Origin: Eledone cirrhosa
Taxonomy: Eukaryota
Assembly: GCA_964016885.1 (NCBI GenBank)
Contig: OZ024745.1
Coordinates: 744,001-808,000, forward strand
Direction: 5' to 3'
Length of the DNA stretch: 64,000 nucleotides
Positions 28,780-46,700 of this stretch are shown one piece after another. A program made the position numbers and the translations under genes. The notes under the pieces were generated by a model. That model was not told the DNA's origin, did not search any database, and saw nothing but the letters and a program-made list of their open reading frames with translations. How positions within the stretch are numbered: position 1 is the first letter of the stretch; every line of letters begins with the position of its first letter.

Positions 28780-31700
28780 ATATACATGGTCTTACAACAT
28801 ACAGAGATACAGTGTACCTATTCTAAACTAGATATACACGGTCTTACAACATACAGGGATACAGTGTACCTATTGTAAACTAGATATATATGGTCTTACA
28901 TCACACAGGGATACAGTGTACCTATTCTAAACTAGATATACATGGTATTCTGACACAGGGATACAGTGTAACTATTCTAAACTAGATATACATGGTATTA
29001 CAACATACAGGGATACAGTGTACCTATTCTAAACTAGATATACACGGTCTTACAACATACAGGGATACAGTGTACCTATTCTAAACTAGATATACATGGT
29101 ATTATGACATACAGGGATACAGTGTACCTATTTTAAACTAGATATACATGGTCTTACAACATACAGAGATACAGTATACCTATTCTAAACTAGATATATA
29201 TGGTCTTACAACATACAGGGATACAGTGTACCTATTCTAAACTACATACACATGGTATTACAACACACAGGGATACAGTGTACCTATTCTAAACTAGATA
29301 TATATGGTATTACAACATACAGGGATACAGTGTACCTATTCTAAACTAGATATACATGGTCTTACATCATACAGGGATACAGTGTACCTATTCTAAACTA
29401 GATATACATGGTATTACAACATACAGGGATACAGTGTACCTATTCTAAACTAGATATACATGGTATTACAACATACAGAGATACAGTGTACCTATTCTAA
29501 ACTTGATATACATGGTATTACAACATACAGGGATACAGTGTACCTATTCTAAACTAGATATACATGGTATTACAACATACAGGGATACAGTGTACCTATT
29601 CTAAACTAGATATATATGGTCTTACATCATACAGGGATACAGTGTACCTATTGTAAACTAGATATATATGGTATTACAACACACAGGGATACAGTGTACC
29701 TATTCTAAACTAGATATACATGGTCTTACAACATACAGGGATACAGTGTACCTATTCTAAACTAGATATATATGGTCTTACAACATACAGGGATACAGTG
29801 TACCTATTCTAAACTAGATATATATGGTCTTATGACATACAGGGATACAGTGTACCTATTCTAAACTAGATATATATGGTATTACAACATACAGAGATAC
29901 AGTGTACCTATTCTAAACTAGATATATATGGTATTACAACATACAGGGATACAGTGTACCTATTCTAAACTAGATATACACGGTCTTACAACTTACAGGG
30001 ATACAGTGTACCTATTCTAAACTAGATATACATGGTATTATGACATACAGGGATACAGTGTACCTATTTTAAACTAGATATACATGGTCTTACAACATAC
30101 AGAGATACAGTGTACCTATTCTAAACTAGATATATATGGTCTTACAACATACAGGGATACAGTGTACCTATTTTAAACTAGATATACATGGTCTTATGAC
30201 ATACAGGGATACAGTGTACCTATTCTAAACTAGATACACATGGTATTACAAAACACAGGGATACAGTGTACCTATTCTAAACTAGATATATATGGTATTA
30301 CAACATACAGGGATACAGTGTACCTATTCTAAACTAGATATATATGCTATTACAACATACAGGGATAGTGTACCTATTCTAAACTAGATATATATGGTAT
30401 TACAACATACAGGGATACAGTGTACCTATTCTAAACTAGATATACATGGTCTTACGACATACAGGGATACAGTGTACCTATTCTAAACTAGATATAAATG
30501 GTATTACAACATACAGAGATACAGTGTACCTATTATAAACTTGATATACATGGTATTACAACATACAGGGATACAGTGTACCTATTGTAAACTAGATATA
30601 CATGGTCTTACAACATACAGAGATACAGTGTACCTATTCTAAACTTGATATACAAGGTATTACAAGACACAGGGATACAGTGTACCTATTCTAAACTAGA
30701 TATACATGGTAGTATGACATACGGGGTTACAGTGTACCTATTCTAAACTAGATATACATGGTATTACAACATACAGGGATACAGTGTACCTATTGTAAAC
30801 TAGATATATATGGTATTACAACATACAGGGATACAGTGTACCTATTCTAAACTAGATATACATGGTCTTACGACATACAGGGATACAGTGTACCTATTCT
30901 AAACTAGATATAAATGGTATTACAACATACAGAGATACAGTGTACCTATTATAAACTTGATATACATGGTATTACAACATACAGGGATACAGTGTACCTA
31001 TTGTAAACTAGATATACATGGGCTTACAACATACAGAGATACAGTGTACCTATTCTAAACTAGATATATATGGTCTTACAACATACAGGGATACAGTGTA
31101 CCTATTTTAAACTAGATATACATGGTCTTATGACATACAGGGATACAGTGTACCTATTCTAAACTAGATACACATGGTATTACAACACACAGGGATACAG
31201 TGTACCTATTCTAAACTAGATATATATGGTATTACAACATACAGGGATACAGTGTACCTATTCTAAACTAGATATATATGCTATTACAACATACAGGGAT
31301 ACAGTGTACCTATTCTAAACTAGATATACATGGTATTACAACATACAGAGATACAGTGTACCTATTCTAAACTTGATATACATGGTATTACAACATACAG
31401 AGATACAGTGTACCTATTCTAAACTAGATATATATGGTCTTACAACATACAGGGATACAGTGTACCTATTCTAAACTAGATATACATGGTATTACAACAT
31501 ACAGGGATACAGTGTACCTATTCTAAACTAGATATATATGGTCTTACATCATACAGGGATACAGTGTACCTATTGTAAACTAGATATATATGGTATTACA
31601 ACATACAGGGATACAGTGTACCTATTCTAAACTAGATATACATGGTCTTACAACATACAGGGATACAGTGTACCTATTCTAAACTAGATATATATGGTCT

Positions 31701-34700
31701 TACAACATACAGGGATACAGTGTACCTATTCTAAACTAGATATATATGGTCTTATGACATACAGGGATACAGTGTACCTATTCTAAACTAGATATATATG
31801 GTATTACAACATACAGAGATACAGTGTACCTATTCTAAACTAGATATATATGGTATTACAACATACAGGGATACAGTGTACCTATTCTAAACTAGATATA
31901 CACGGTCTTACAACATACTGGGATACAGTGTACCTATTCTAAACTAGATATACATGGTATTATGACATACAGGGATACAGTGTACCTATTTTAAACTAGA
32001 TATACATGGTCTTACAACATACAGAGATACAGTGTACCTATTCTAAACTAGATATATATGGTCTTACAACATACAGGGATACAGTGTACCTATTTTAAAC
32101 TAGATATACATGGTCTTATGACATACAGGGATACAGTGTACCTATTCTAAACTAGATATACATGGTATTACAACATACAGGGATACAGTGTACCTATTCT
32201 AAACTAGATATACACGGTCTTACAACATACAGGGATACAGTGTACCTATTCTAAACTAGATATACATGGTATTATGACATACAGGGATACAGTGTACCTA
32301 TTTTAAACTAGATATACATGGTATTATGACATACAGGGATACAGTGTACCTATTTTAAACTAGATATACATGGTCTTACAACATACAGAGATACAGTGTA
32401 CCTATTCTAAACTAGATATATATGGTCTTACAACATACAGGGATACAGTGTACCTATTTTAAACTAGATATACATGGTCTCATGACATACAGGGATACAG
32501 TGTACCTATTCTAAACTAGATACACATGGTATTACAACACACAGGGATACAGTGTACCTACTCTAAACTAGATATATATGGTATTACAACATACAGGGAT
32601 ACAGTGTACCTATTCTAAACTAGATATATATGCTATTACAACATACAGGGATAGTGTACCTATTCTAAACTAGATATATATGGTATTAACACATACAGAG
32701 ATACAGTGTACCTATTTTAAACTAGATATACATGGTCTTACAACATACAGAGATACAGTGTACCTATTCTAAACTAGATATATATGGTCTTACAACATAC
32801 AGGGATACAGTGTACCTATTTTAAACTAGATATACATGGTCTTATGACATACAGGGATACAGTGTACCTATTCTAAACTAGATATACATGGTCTTACAAC
32901 ATACAGAGATACAGTGTACCTATTCTAAACTAGATATACACGGTCTTACAACATACAGGGATACAGTGTACCTATTGTAAACTAGATATATATGGTCTTA
33001 CATCACACAGGGATACAGTGTACCTATTCTAAACTAGATATACATGGTATTCTGACACAGGGATACAGTGTAACTATTCTAAACTAGATATACATGGTAT
33101 TACAACATACAGGGATACAGTGTACCTATTCTAAACTAGATATACACGGTCTTACAACATACAGGGATACAGTGTACCTATTCTAAACTAGATATACATG
33201 GTATTATGACATACAGGGATACAGTGTACCTATTTTAAACTAGATATACATGGTCTTACAACATACAGAGATACAGTATACCTATTCTAAACTAGATATA
33301 TATGGTCTTACAACATACAGGGATACAGTGTACCTATTCTAAACTACATACACATGGTATTACAACACACAGGGATACAGTGTACCTATTCTAAACTAGA
33401 TATATATGGTATTACAACATACAGGGATACAGTGTACCTATTCTAAACTAGATATACATGGTCTTACATCATACAGGGATACAGTGTACCTATTCTAAAC
33501 TAGATATACATGGTCTTACATCATACAGGGATACAGTGTACCTATTCTAAACTAGATATACATGGTATTACAACATACAGGGATACAGTGTACCTATTCT
33601 AAACTAGATATACATGGTATTACAACATACAGAGATACAGTGTACCTATTCTAAACTTGATATACATGGTATTACAACATACAGGGATACAGTGTACCTA
33701 TTCTAAACTAGATATACATGGTATTACAACATACAGGGATACAGTGTACCTATTCTAAACTAGATATATATGGTCTTACATCATACAGGGATACAGTGTA
33801 CCTATTGTAAACTAGATATATATGGTATTACAACACACAGGGATACAGTGTACCTATTCTAAACTAGATATACATGGTCTTACAACATACAGGGATACAG
33901 TGTACCTATTCTAAACTAGATATATATGGTCTTACAACATACAGGGATACAGTGTACCTATTCTAAACTAGATATATATGGTCTTATGACATACAGGGAT
34001 ACAGTGTACCTATTCTAAACTAGATATATATGGTATTACAACATACAGAGATACAGTGTACCTATTCTAAACTAGATATATATGGTATTACAACATACAG
34101 GGATACAGTGTACCTATTCTAAACTAGATATACACGGTCTTACAACTTACAGGGATACAGTGTACCTATTCTAAACTAGATATACATGGTATTATGACAT
34201 ACAGGGATACAGTGTACCTATTTTAAACTAGATATACATGGTCTTACAACATACAGAGATACAGTGTACCTATTCTAAACTAGATATATATGGTCTTACA
34301 ACATACAGGGATACAGTGTACCTATTTTAAACTAGATATACATGGTCTTATGACATACAGGGATACAGTGTACCTATTCTAAACTAGATACACATGGTAT
34401 TACAAAACACAGGGATACAGTGTACCTATTCTAAACTAGATATATATGGTATTACAACATACAGGGATACAGTGTACCTATTCTAAACTAGATATATATG
34501 CTATTACAACATACAGGGATAGTGTACCTATTCTAAACTAGATATATATGGTATTACAACATACAGGGATACAGTGTACCTATTCTAAACTAGATATACA
34601 TGGTCTTACGACATACAGGGATACAGTGTACCTATTCTAAACTAGATATAAATGGTATTACAACATACAGAGATACAGTGTACCTATTATAAACTTGATA

Positions 34701-37700
34701 TACATGGTATTACAACATACAGGGATACAGTGTACCTATTGTAAACTAGATATACATGGTCTTACAACATACAGAGATACAGTGTACCTATTCTAAACTT
34801 GATATACAAGGTATTACAAGACACAGGGATACAGTGTACCTATTCTAAACTAGATATACATGGTAGTATGACATACGGGGTTACAGTGTACCTATTCTAA
34901 ACTAGATATACATGGTATTACAACATACAGGGATACAGTGTACCTATTGTAAACTAGATATATATGGTATTACAACATACAGGGATACAGTGTACCTATT
35001 CTAAACTAGATATACATGGTCTTACGACATACAGGGATACAGTGTACCTATTCTAAACTAGATATAAATGGTATTACAACATACAGAGATACAGTGTACC
35101 TATTATAAACTTGATATACATGGTATTACAACATACAGGGATACAGTGTACCTATTGTAAACTAGATATACATGGGCTTACAACATACAGAGATACAGTG
35201 TACCTATTCTAAACTAGATATATATGGTCTTACAACATACAGGGATACAGTGTACCTATTTTAAACTAGATATACATGGTCTTATGACATACAGGGATAC
35301 AGTGTACCTATTCTAAACTAGATACACATGGTATTACAACACACAGGGATACAGTGTACCTATTCTAAACTAGATATATATGGTATTACAACATACAGGG
35401 ATACAGTGTACCTATTCTAAACTAGATATATATGCTATTACAACATACAGGGATACAGTGTACCTATTCTAAACTAGATATACATGGTATTACAACATAC
35501 AGAGATACAGTGTACCTATTCTAAACTTGATATACATGGTATTACAACATACAGAGATACAGTGTACCTATTCTAAACTAGATATATATGGTCTTACAAC
35601 ATACAGGGATACAGTGTACCTATTCTAAACTAGATATACATGGTATTACAACATACAGGGATACAGTGTACCTATTCTAAACTAGATATATATGGTCTTA
35701 CATCATACAGGGATACAGTGTACCTATTGTAAACTAGATATATATGGTATTACAACATACAGGGATACAGTGTACCTATTCTAAACTAGATATACATGGT
35801 CTTACAACATACAGGGATACAGTGTACCTATTCTAAACTAGATATATATGGTCTTACAACATACAGGGATACAGTGTACCTATTCTAAACTAGATATATA
35901 TGGTCTTATGACATACAGGGATACAGTGTACCTATTCTAAACTAGATATATATGGTATTACAACATACAGAGATACAGTGTACCTATTCTAAACTAGATA
36001 TATATGGTATTACAACATACAGGGATACAGTGTACCTATTCTAAACTAGATATACACGGTCTTACAACATACTGGGATACAGTGTACCTATTCTAAACTA
36101 GATATACATGGTATTATGACATACAGGGATACAGTGTACCTATTTTAAACTAGATATACATGGTCTTACAACATACAGAGATACAGTGTACCTATTCTAA
36201 ACTAGATATATATGGTCTTACAACATACAGGGATACAGTGTACCTATTTTAAACTAGATATACATGGTCTTATGACATACAGGGATACAGTGTACCTATT
36301 CTAAACTAGATATACATGGTATTACAACATACAGGGATACAGTGTACCTATTCTAAACTAGATATACACGGTCTTACAACATACAGGGATACAGTGTACC
36401 TATTCTAAACTAGATATACATGGTATTATGACATACAGGGATACAGTGTACCTATTTTAAACTAGATATACATGGTATTATGACATACAGGGATACAGTG
36501 TACCTATTTTAAACTAGATATACATGGTCTTACAACATACAGAGATACAGTGTACCTATTCTAAACTAGATATATATGGTCTTACAACATACAGGGATAC
36601 AGTGTACCTATTTTAAACTAGATATACATGGTCTCATGACATACAGGGATACAGTGTACCTATTCTAAACTAGATACACATGGTATTACAACACACAGGG
36701 ATACAGTGTACCTACTCTAAACTAGATATATATGGTATTACAACATACAGGGATACAGTGTACCTATTCTAAACTAGATATATATGCTATTACAACATAC
36801 AGGGATAGTGTACCTATTCTAAACTAGATATATATGGTATTAACACATACAGAGATACAGTGTACCTATTTTAAACTAGATATACATGGTCTTACAACAT
36901 ACAGAGATACAGTGTACCTATTCTAAACTAGATATATATGGTCTTACAACATACAGGGATACAGTGTACCTATTTTAAACTAGATATACATGGTCTTATG
37001 ACATACAGGGATACAGTGTACCTATTCTAAACTAGATATACATGGTCTTACAACATACAGAGATACAGTGTACCTATTCTAAACTAGATATACACGGTCT
37101 TACAACATACAGGGATACAGTGTACCTATTGTAAACTAGATATATATGGTCTTACATCACACAGGGATACAGTGTACCTATTCTAAACTAGATATACATG
37201 GTATTCTGACACAGGGATACAGTGTAACTATTCTAAACTAGATATACATGGTATTACAACATACAGGGATACAGTGTACCTATTCTAAACTAGATATACA
37301 CGGTCTTACAACATACAGGGATACAGTGTACCTATTCTAAACTAGATATACATGGTATTATGACATACAGGGATACAGTGTACCTATTTTAAACTAGATA
37401 TACATGGTCTTACAACATACAGAGATACAGTATACCTATTCTAAACTAGATATATATGGTCTTACAACATACAGGGATACAGTGTACCTATTCTAAACTA
37501 CATACACATGGTATTACAACACACAGGGATACAGTGTACCTATTCTAAACTAGATATATATGGTATTACAACATACAGGGATACAGTGTACCTATTCTAA
37601 ACTAGATATACATGGTCTTACATCATACAGGGATACAGTGTACCTATTCTAAACTAGATATACATGGTCTTACATCATACAGGGATACAGTGTACCTATT

Positions 37701-40700
37701 CTAAACTAGATATACATGGTATTACAACATACAGGGATACAGTGTACCTATTCTAAACTAGATATACATGGTATTACAACATACAGAGATACAGTGTACC
37801 TATTCTAAACTTGATATACATGGTATTACAACATACAGGGATACAGTGTACCTATTCTAAACTAGATATACATGGTATTACAACATACAGGGATACAGTG
37901 TACCTATTCTAAACTAGATATATATGGTCTTACATCATACAGGGATACAGTGTACCTATTGTAAACTAGATATATATGGTATTACAACACACAGGGATAC
38001 AGTGTACCTATTCTAAACTAGATATACATGGTCTTACAACATACAGGGATACAGTGTACCTATTCTAAACTAGATATATATGGTCTTACAACATACAGGG
38101 ATACAGTGTACCTATTCTAAACTAGATATATATGGTCTTATGACATACAGGGATACAGTGTACCTATTCTAAACTAGATATATATGGTATTACAACATAC
38201 AGAGATACAGTGTACCTATTCTAAACTAGATATATATGGTATTACAACATACAGGGATACAGTGTACCTATTCTAAACTAGATATACACGGTCTTACAAC
38301 TTACAGGGATACAGTGTACCTATTCTAAACTAGATATACATGGTATTATGACATACAGGGATACAGTGTACCTATTTTAAACTAGATATACATGGTCTTA
38401 CAACATACAGAGATACAGTGTACCTATTCTAAACTAGATATATATGGTCTTACAACATACAGGGATACAGTGTACCTATTTTAAACTAGATATACATGGT
38501 CTTATGACATACAGGGATACAGTGTACCTATTCTAAACTAGATACACATGGTATTACAAAACACAGGGATACAGTGTACCTATTCTAAACTAGATATATA
38601 TGGTATTACAACATACAGGGATACAGTGTACCTATTCTAAACTAGATATATATGCTATTACAACATACAGGGATAGTGTACCTATTCTAAACTAGATATA
38701 TATGGTATTACAACATACAGGGATACAGTGTACCTATTCTAAACTAGATATACATGGTCTTACGACATACAGGGATACAGTGTACCTATTCTAAACTAGA
38801 TATAAATGGTATTACAACATACAGAGATACAGTGTACCTATTATAAACTTGATATACATGGTATTACAACATACAGGGATACAGTGTACCTATTGTAAAC
38901 TAGATATACATGGTCTTACAACATACAGAGATACAGTGTACCTATTCTAAACTTGATATACAAGGTATTACAAGACACAGGGATACAGTGTACCTATTCT
39001 AAACTAGATATATATGGTCTTACAACATACAGGGATACAGTGTACCTATTTTAAACTAGATATACATGGTCTTATGACATACAGGGATACAGTGTACCTA
39101 TTCTAAACTAGATATACATGGTATTACAACATACAGGGATACAGTGTACCTATTCTAAACTAGATATACACGGTCTTACAACATACAGGGATACAGTGTA
39201 CCTATTCTAAACTAGATATACATGGTATTATGACATACAGGGATACAGTGTACCTATTTTAAACTAGATATACATGGTATTATGACATACAGGGATACAG
39301 TGTACCTATTTTAAACTAGATATACATGGTCTTACAACATACAGAGATACAGTGTACCTATTCTAAACTAGATATATATGGTCTTACAACATACAGGGAT
39401 ACAGTGTACCTATTTTAAACTAGATATACATGGTCTCATGACATACAGGGATACAGTGTACCTATTCTAAACTAGATACACATGGTATTACAACACACAG
39501 GGATACAGTGTACCTACTCTAAACTAGATATATATGGTATTACAACATACAGGGATACAGTGTACCTATTCTAAACTAGATATATATGCTATTACAACAT
39601 ACAGGGATAGTGTACCTATTCTAAACTAGATATATATGGTATTAACACATACAGAGATACAGTGTACCTATTTTAAACTAGATATACATGGTCTTACAAC
39701 ATACAGAGATACAGTGTACCTATTCTAAACTAGATATATATGGTCTTACAACATACAGGGATACAGTGTACCTATTTTAAACTAGATATACATGGTCTTA
39801 TGACATACAGGGATACAGTGTACCTATTCTAAACTAGATATACATGGTCTTACAACATACAGAGATACAGTGTACCTATTCTAAACTAGATATACACGGT
39901 CTTACAACATACAGGGATACAGTGTACCTATTGTAAACTAGATATATATGGTCTTACATCACACAGGGATACAGTGTACCTATTCTAAACTAGATATACA
40001 TGGTATTCTGACACAGGGATACAGTGTAACTATTCTAAACTAGATATACATGGTATTACAACATACAGGGATACAGTGTACCTATTCTAAACTAGATATA
40101 CACGGTCTTACAACATACAGGGATACAGTGTACCTATTCTAAACTAGATATACATGGTATTATGACATACAGGGATACAGTGTACCTATTTTAAACTAGA
40201 TATACATGGTCTTACAACATACAGAGATACAGTATACCTATTCTAAACTAGATATATATGGTCTTACAACATACAGGGATACAGTGTACCTATTCTAAAC
40301 TACATACACATGGTATTACAACACACAGGGATACAGTGTACCTATTCTAAACTAGATATATATGGTATTACAACATACAGGGATACAGTGTACCTATTCT
40401 AAACTAGATATACATGGTCTTACATCATACAGGGATACAGTGTACCTATTCTAAACTAGATATACATGGTCTTACATCATACAGGGATACAGTGTACCTA
40501 TTCTAAACTAGATATACATGGTATTACAACATACAGGGATACAGTGTACCTATTCTAAACTAGATATACATGGTATTACAACATACAGAGATACAGTGTA
40601 CCTATTCTAAACTTGATATACATGGTATTACAACATACAGGGATACAGTGTACCTATTCTAAACTAGATATACATGGTATTACAACATACAGGGATACAG

Positions 40701-43700
40701 TGTACCTATTCTAAACTAGATATATATGGTCTTACATCATACAGGGATACAGTGTACCTATTGTAAACTAGATATATATGGTATTACAACACACAGGGAT
40801 ACAGTGTACCTATTCTAAACTAGATATACATGGTCTTACAACATACAGGGATACAGTGTACCTATTCTAAACTAGATATATATGGTCTTACAACATACAG
40901 GGATACAGTGTACCTATTCTAAACTAGATATATATGGTCTTATGACATACAGGGATACAGTGTACCTATTCTAAACTAGATATATATGGTATTACAACAT
41001 ACAGAGATACAGTGTACCTATTCTAAACTAGATATATATGGTATTACAACATACAGGGATACAGTGTACCTATTCTAAACTAGATATACACGGTCTTACA
41101 ACTTACAGGGATACAGTGTACCTATTCTAAACTAGATATACATGGTATTATGACATACAGGGATACAGTGTACCTATTTTAAACTAGATATACATGGTCT
41201 TACAACATACAGAGATACAGTGTACCTATTCTAAACTAGATATATATGGTCTTACAACATACAGGGATACAGTGTACCTATTTTAAACTAGATATACATG
41301 GTCTTATGACATACAGGGATACAGTGTACCTATTCTAAACTAGATACACATGGTATTACAAAACACAGGGATACAGTGTACCTATTCTAAACTAGATATA
41401 TATGGTATTACAACATACAGGGATACAGTGTACCTATTCTAAACTAGATATATATGCTATTACAACATACAGGGATAGTGTACCTATTCTAAACTAGATA
41501 TATATGGTATTACAACATACAGGGATACAGTGTACCTATTCTAAACTAGATATACATGGTCTTACGACATACAGGGATACAGTGTACCTATTCTAAACTA
41601 GATATAAATGGTATTACAACATACAGAGATACAGTGTACCTATTATAAACTTGATATACATGGTATTACAACATACAGGGATACAGTGTACCTATTGTAA
41701 ACTAGATATACATGGTCTTACAACATACAGAGATACAGTGTACCTATTCTAAACTTGATATACAAGGTATTACAAGACACAGGGATACAGTGTACCTATT
41801 CTAAACTAGATATACATGGTAGTATGACATACGGGGTTACAGTGTACCTATTCTAAACTAGATATACATGGTATTACAACATACAGGGATACAGTGTACC
41901 TATTGTAAACTAGATATATATGGTATTACAACATACAGGGATACAGTGTACCTATTCTAAACTAGATATACATGGTCTTACGACATACAGGGATACAGTG
42001 TACCTATTCTAAACTAGATATAAATGGTATTACAACATACAGAGATACAGTGTACCTATTATAAACTTGATATACATGGTATTACAACATACAGGGATAC
42101 AGTGTACCTATTGTAAACTAGATATACATGGGCTTACAACATACAGAGATACAGTGTACCTATTCTAAACTAGATATATATGGTCTTACAACATACAGGG
42201 ATACAGTGTACCTATTTTAAACTAGATATACATGGTCTTATGACATACAGGGATACAGTGTACCTATTCTAAACTAGATACACATGGTATTACAACACAC
42301 AGGGATACAGTGTACCTATTCTAAACTAGATATATATGGTATTACAACATACAGGGATACAGTGTACCTATTCTAAACTAGATATATATGCTATTACAAC
42401 ATACAGGGATACAGTGTACCTATTCTAAACTAGATATACATGGTATTACAACATACAGAGATACAGTGTACCTATTCTAAACTTGATATACATGGTATTA
42501 CAACATACAGAGATACAGTGTACCTATTCTAAACTAGATATATATGGTCTTACAACATACAGGGATACAGTGTACCTATTCTAAACTAGATATACATGGT
42601 ATTACAACATACAGGGATACAGTGTACCTATTCTAAACTAGATATATATGGTCTTACATCATACAGGGATACAGTGTACCTATTGTAAACTAGATATATA
42701 TGGTATTACAACATACAGGGATACAGTGTACCTATTCTAAACTAGATATACATGGTCTTACAACATACAGGGATACAGTGTACCTATTCTAAACTAGATA
42801 TATATGGTCTTACAACATACAGGGATACAGTGTACCTATTCTAAACTAGATATATATGGTCTTATGACATACAGGGATACAGTGTACCTATTCTAAACTA
42901 GATATATATGGTATTACAACATACAGAGATACAGTGTACCTATTCTAAACTAGATATATATGGTATTACAACATACAGGGATACAGTGTACCTATTCTAA
43001 ACTAGATATACACGGTCTTACAACATACTGGGATACAGTGTACCTATTCTAAACTAGATATACATGGTATTATGACATACAGGGATACAGTGTACCTATT
43101 TTAAACTAGATATACATGGTCTTACAACATACAGAGATACAGTGTACCTATTCTAAACTAGATATATATGGTCTTACAACATACAGGGATACAGTGTACC
43201 TATTTTAAACTAGATATACATGGTCTTATGACATACAGGGATACAGTGTACCTATTCTAAACTAGATATACATGGTATTACAACATACAGGGATACAGTG
43301 TACCTATTCTAAACTAGATATACACGGTCTTACAACATACAGGGATACAGTGTACCTATTCTAAACTAGATATACATGGTATTATGACATACAGGGATAC
43401 AGTGTACCTATTTTAAACTAGATATACATGGTATTATGACATACAGGGATACAGTGTACCTATTTTAAACTAGATATACATGGTCTTACAACATACAGAG
43501 ATACAGTGTACCTATTCTAAACTAGATATATATGGTCTTACAACATACAGGGATACAGTGTACCTATTTTAAACTAGATATACATGGTCTCATGACATAC
43601 AGGGATACAGTGTACCTATTCTAAACTAGATACACATGGTATTACAACACACAGGGATACAGTGTACCTATTCTAAACTAGATATACATGGTCTTACAAC

Positions 43701-46700
43701 ATACAGAGATACAGTGTACCTATTCTAAACTAGATATACACGGTCTTACAACATACAGGGATACAGTGTACCTATTGTAAACTAGATATATATGGTCTTA
43801 CATCACACAGGGATACAGTGTACCTATTCTAAACTAGATATACATGGTATTCTGACACAGGGATACAGTGTAACTATTCTAAACTAGATATATATGCTAT
43901 TACAACATACAGGGATAGTGTACCTATTCTAAACTAGATATATATGGTATTAACACATACAGAGATACAGTGTACCTATTTTAAACTAGATATACATGGT
44001 CTTACAACATACAGAGATACAGTGTACCTATTCTAAACTAGATATATATGGTCTTACAACATACAGGGATACAGTGTACCTATTTTAAACTAGATATACA
44101 TGGTCTTATGACATACAGGGATACAGTGTACCTATTCTAAACTAGATATACATGGTCTTACAACATACAGAGATACAGTGTACCTATTCTAAACTAGATA
44201 TACACGGTCTTACAACATACAGGGATACAGTGTACCTATTGTAAACTAGATATATATGGTCTTACATCACACAGGGATACAGTGTACCTATTCTAAACTA
44301 GATATACATGGTATTCTGACACAGGGATACAGTGTAACTATTCTAAACTAGATATACATGGTATTACAACATACAGGGATACAGTGTACCTATTCTAAAC
44401 TAGATATACACGGTCTTACAACATACAGGGATACAGTGTACCTATTCTAAACTAGATATACATGGTATTATGACATACAGGGATACAGTGTACCTATTTT
44501 AAACTAGATATACATGGTCTTACAACATACAGAGATACAGTATACCTATTCTAAACTAGATATATATGGTCTTACAACATACAGGGATACAGTGTACCTA
44601 TTCTAAACTACATACACATGGTATTACAACACACAGGGATACAGTGTACCTATTCTAAACTAGATATATATGGTATTACAACATACAGGGATACAGTGTA
44701 CCTATTCTAAACTAGATATACATGGTCTTACATCATACAGGGATACAGTGTACCTATTCTAAACTAGATATACATGGTCTTACATCATACAGGGATACAG
44801 TGTACCTATTCTAAACTAGATATACATGGTATTACAACATACAGGGATACAGTGTACCTATTCTAAACTAGATATACATGGTATTACAACATACAGAGAT
44901 ACAGTGTACCTATTCTAAACTTGATATACATGGTATTACAACATACAGGGATACAGTGTACCTATTCTAAACTAGATATACATGGTATTACAACATACAG
45001 GGATACAGTGTACCTATTCTAAACTAGATATATATGGTCTTACATCATACAGGGATACAGTGTACCTATTGTAAACTAGATATATATGGTATTACAACAC
45101 ACAGGGATACAGTGTACCTATTCTAAACTAGATATACATGGTCTTACAACATACAGGGATACAGTGTACCTATTCTAAACTAGATATATATGGTCTTACA
45201 ACATACAGGGATACAGTGTACCTATTCTAAACTAGATATATATGGTCTTATGACATACAGGGATACAGTGTACCTATTCTAAACTAGATATATATGGTAT
45301 TACAACATACAGAGATACAGTGTACCTATTCTAAACTAGATATATATGGTATTACAACATACAGGGATACAGTGTACCTATTCTAAACTAGATATACACG
45401 GTCTTACAACTTACAGGGATACAGTGTACCTATTCTAAACTAGATATACATGGTATTATGACATACAGGGATACAGTGTACCTATTTTAAACTAGATATA
45501 CATGGTCTTACAACATACAGAGATACAGTGTACCTATTCTAAACTAGATATATATGGTCTTACAACATACAGGGATACAGTGTACCTATTTTAAACTAGA
45601 TATACATGGTCTTATGACATACAGGGATACAGTGTACCTATTCTAAACTAGATACACATGGTATTACAAAACACAGGGATACAGTGTACCTATTCTAAAC
45701 TAGATATATATGGTATTACAACATACAGGGATACAGTGTACCTATTCTAAACTAGATATATATGCTATTACAACATACAGGGATAGTGTACCTATTCTAA
45801 ACTAGATATATATGGTATTACAACATACAGGGATACAGTGTACCTATTCTAAACTAGATATACATGGTCTTACGACATACAGGGATACAGTGTACTTATT
45901 CTAAACTAGATATAAATGGTATTACAACATACAGAGATACAGTGTACCTATTATAAACTTGATATACATGGTATTACAACATACAGGGATACAGTGTACC
46001 TATTGTAAACTAGATATACATGGTCTTACAACATACAGAGATACAGTGTACCTATTCTAAACTTGATATACAAGGTATTACAAGACACAGGGATACAGTG
46101 TACCTATTCTAAACTAGATATACATGGTAGTATGACATACGGGGTTACAGTGTACCTATTCTAAACTAGATATACATGGTATTACAACATACAGGGATAC
46201 AGTGTACCTATTGTAAACTAGATATATATGGTATTACAACATACAGGGATACAGTGTACCTATTCTAAACTAGATATACATGGTCTTACGACATACAGGG
46301 ATACAGTGTACCTATTCTAAACTAGATATAAATGGTATTACAACATACAGAGATACAGTGTACCTATTATAAACTTGATATACATGGTATTACAACATAC
46401 AGGGATACAGTGTACCTATTGTAAACTAGATATACATGGGCTTACAACATACAGAGATACAGTGTACCTATTCTAAACTAGATATATATGGTCTTACAAC
46501 ATACAGGGATACAGTGTACCTATTTTAAACTAGATATACATGGTCTTATGACATACAGGGATACAGTGTACCTATTCTAAACTAGATACACATGGTATTA
46601 CAACACACAGGGATACAGTGTACCTATTCTAAACTAGATATATATGGTATTACAACATACAGGGATACAGTGTACCTATTCTAAACTAGATATATATGCT

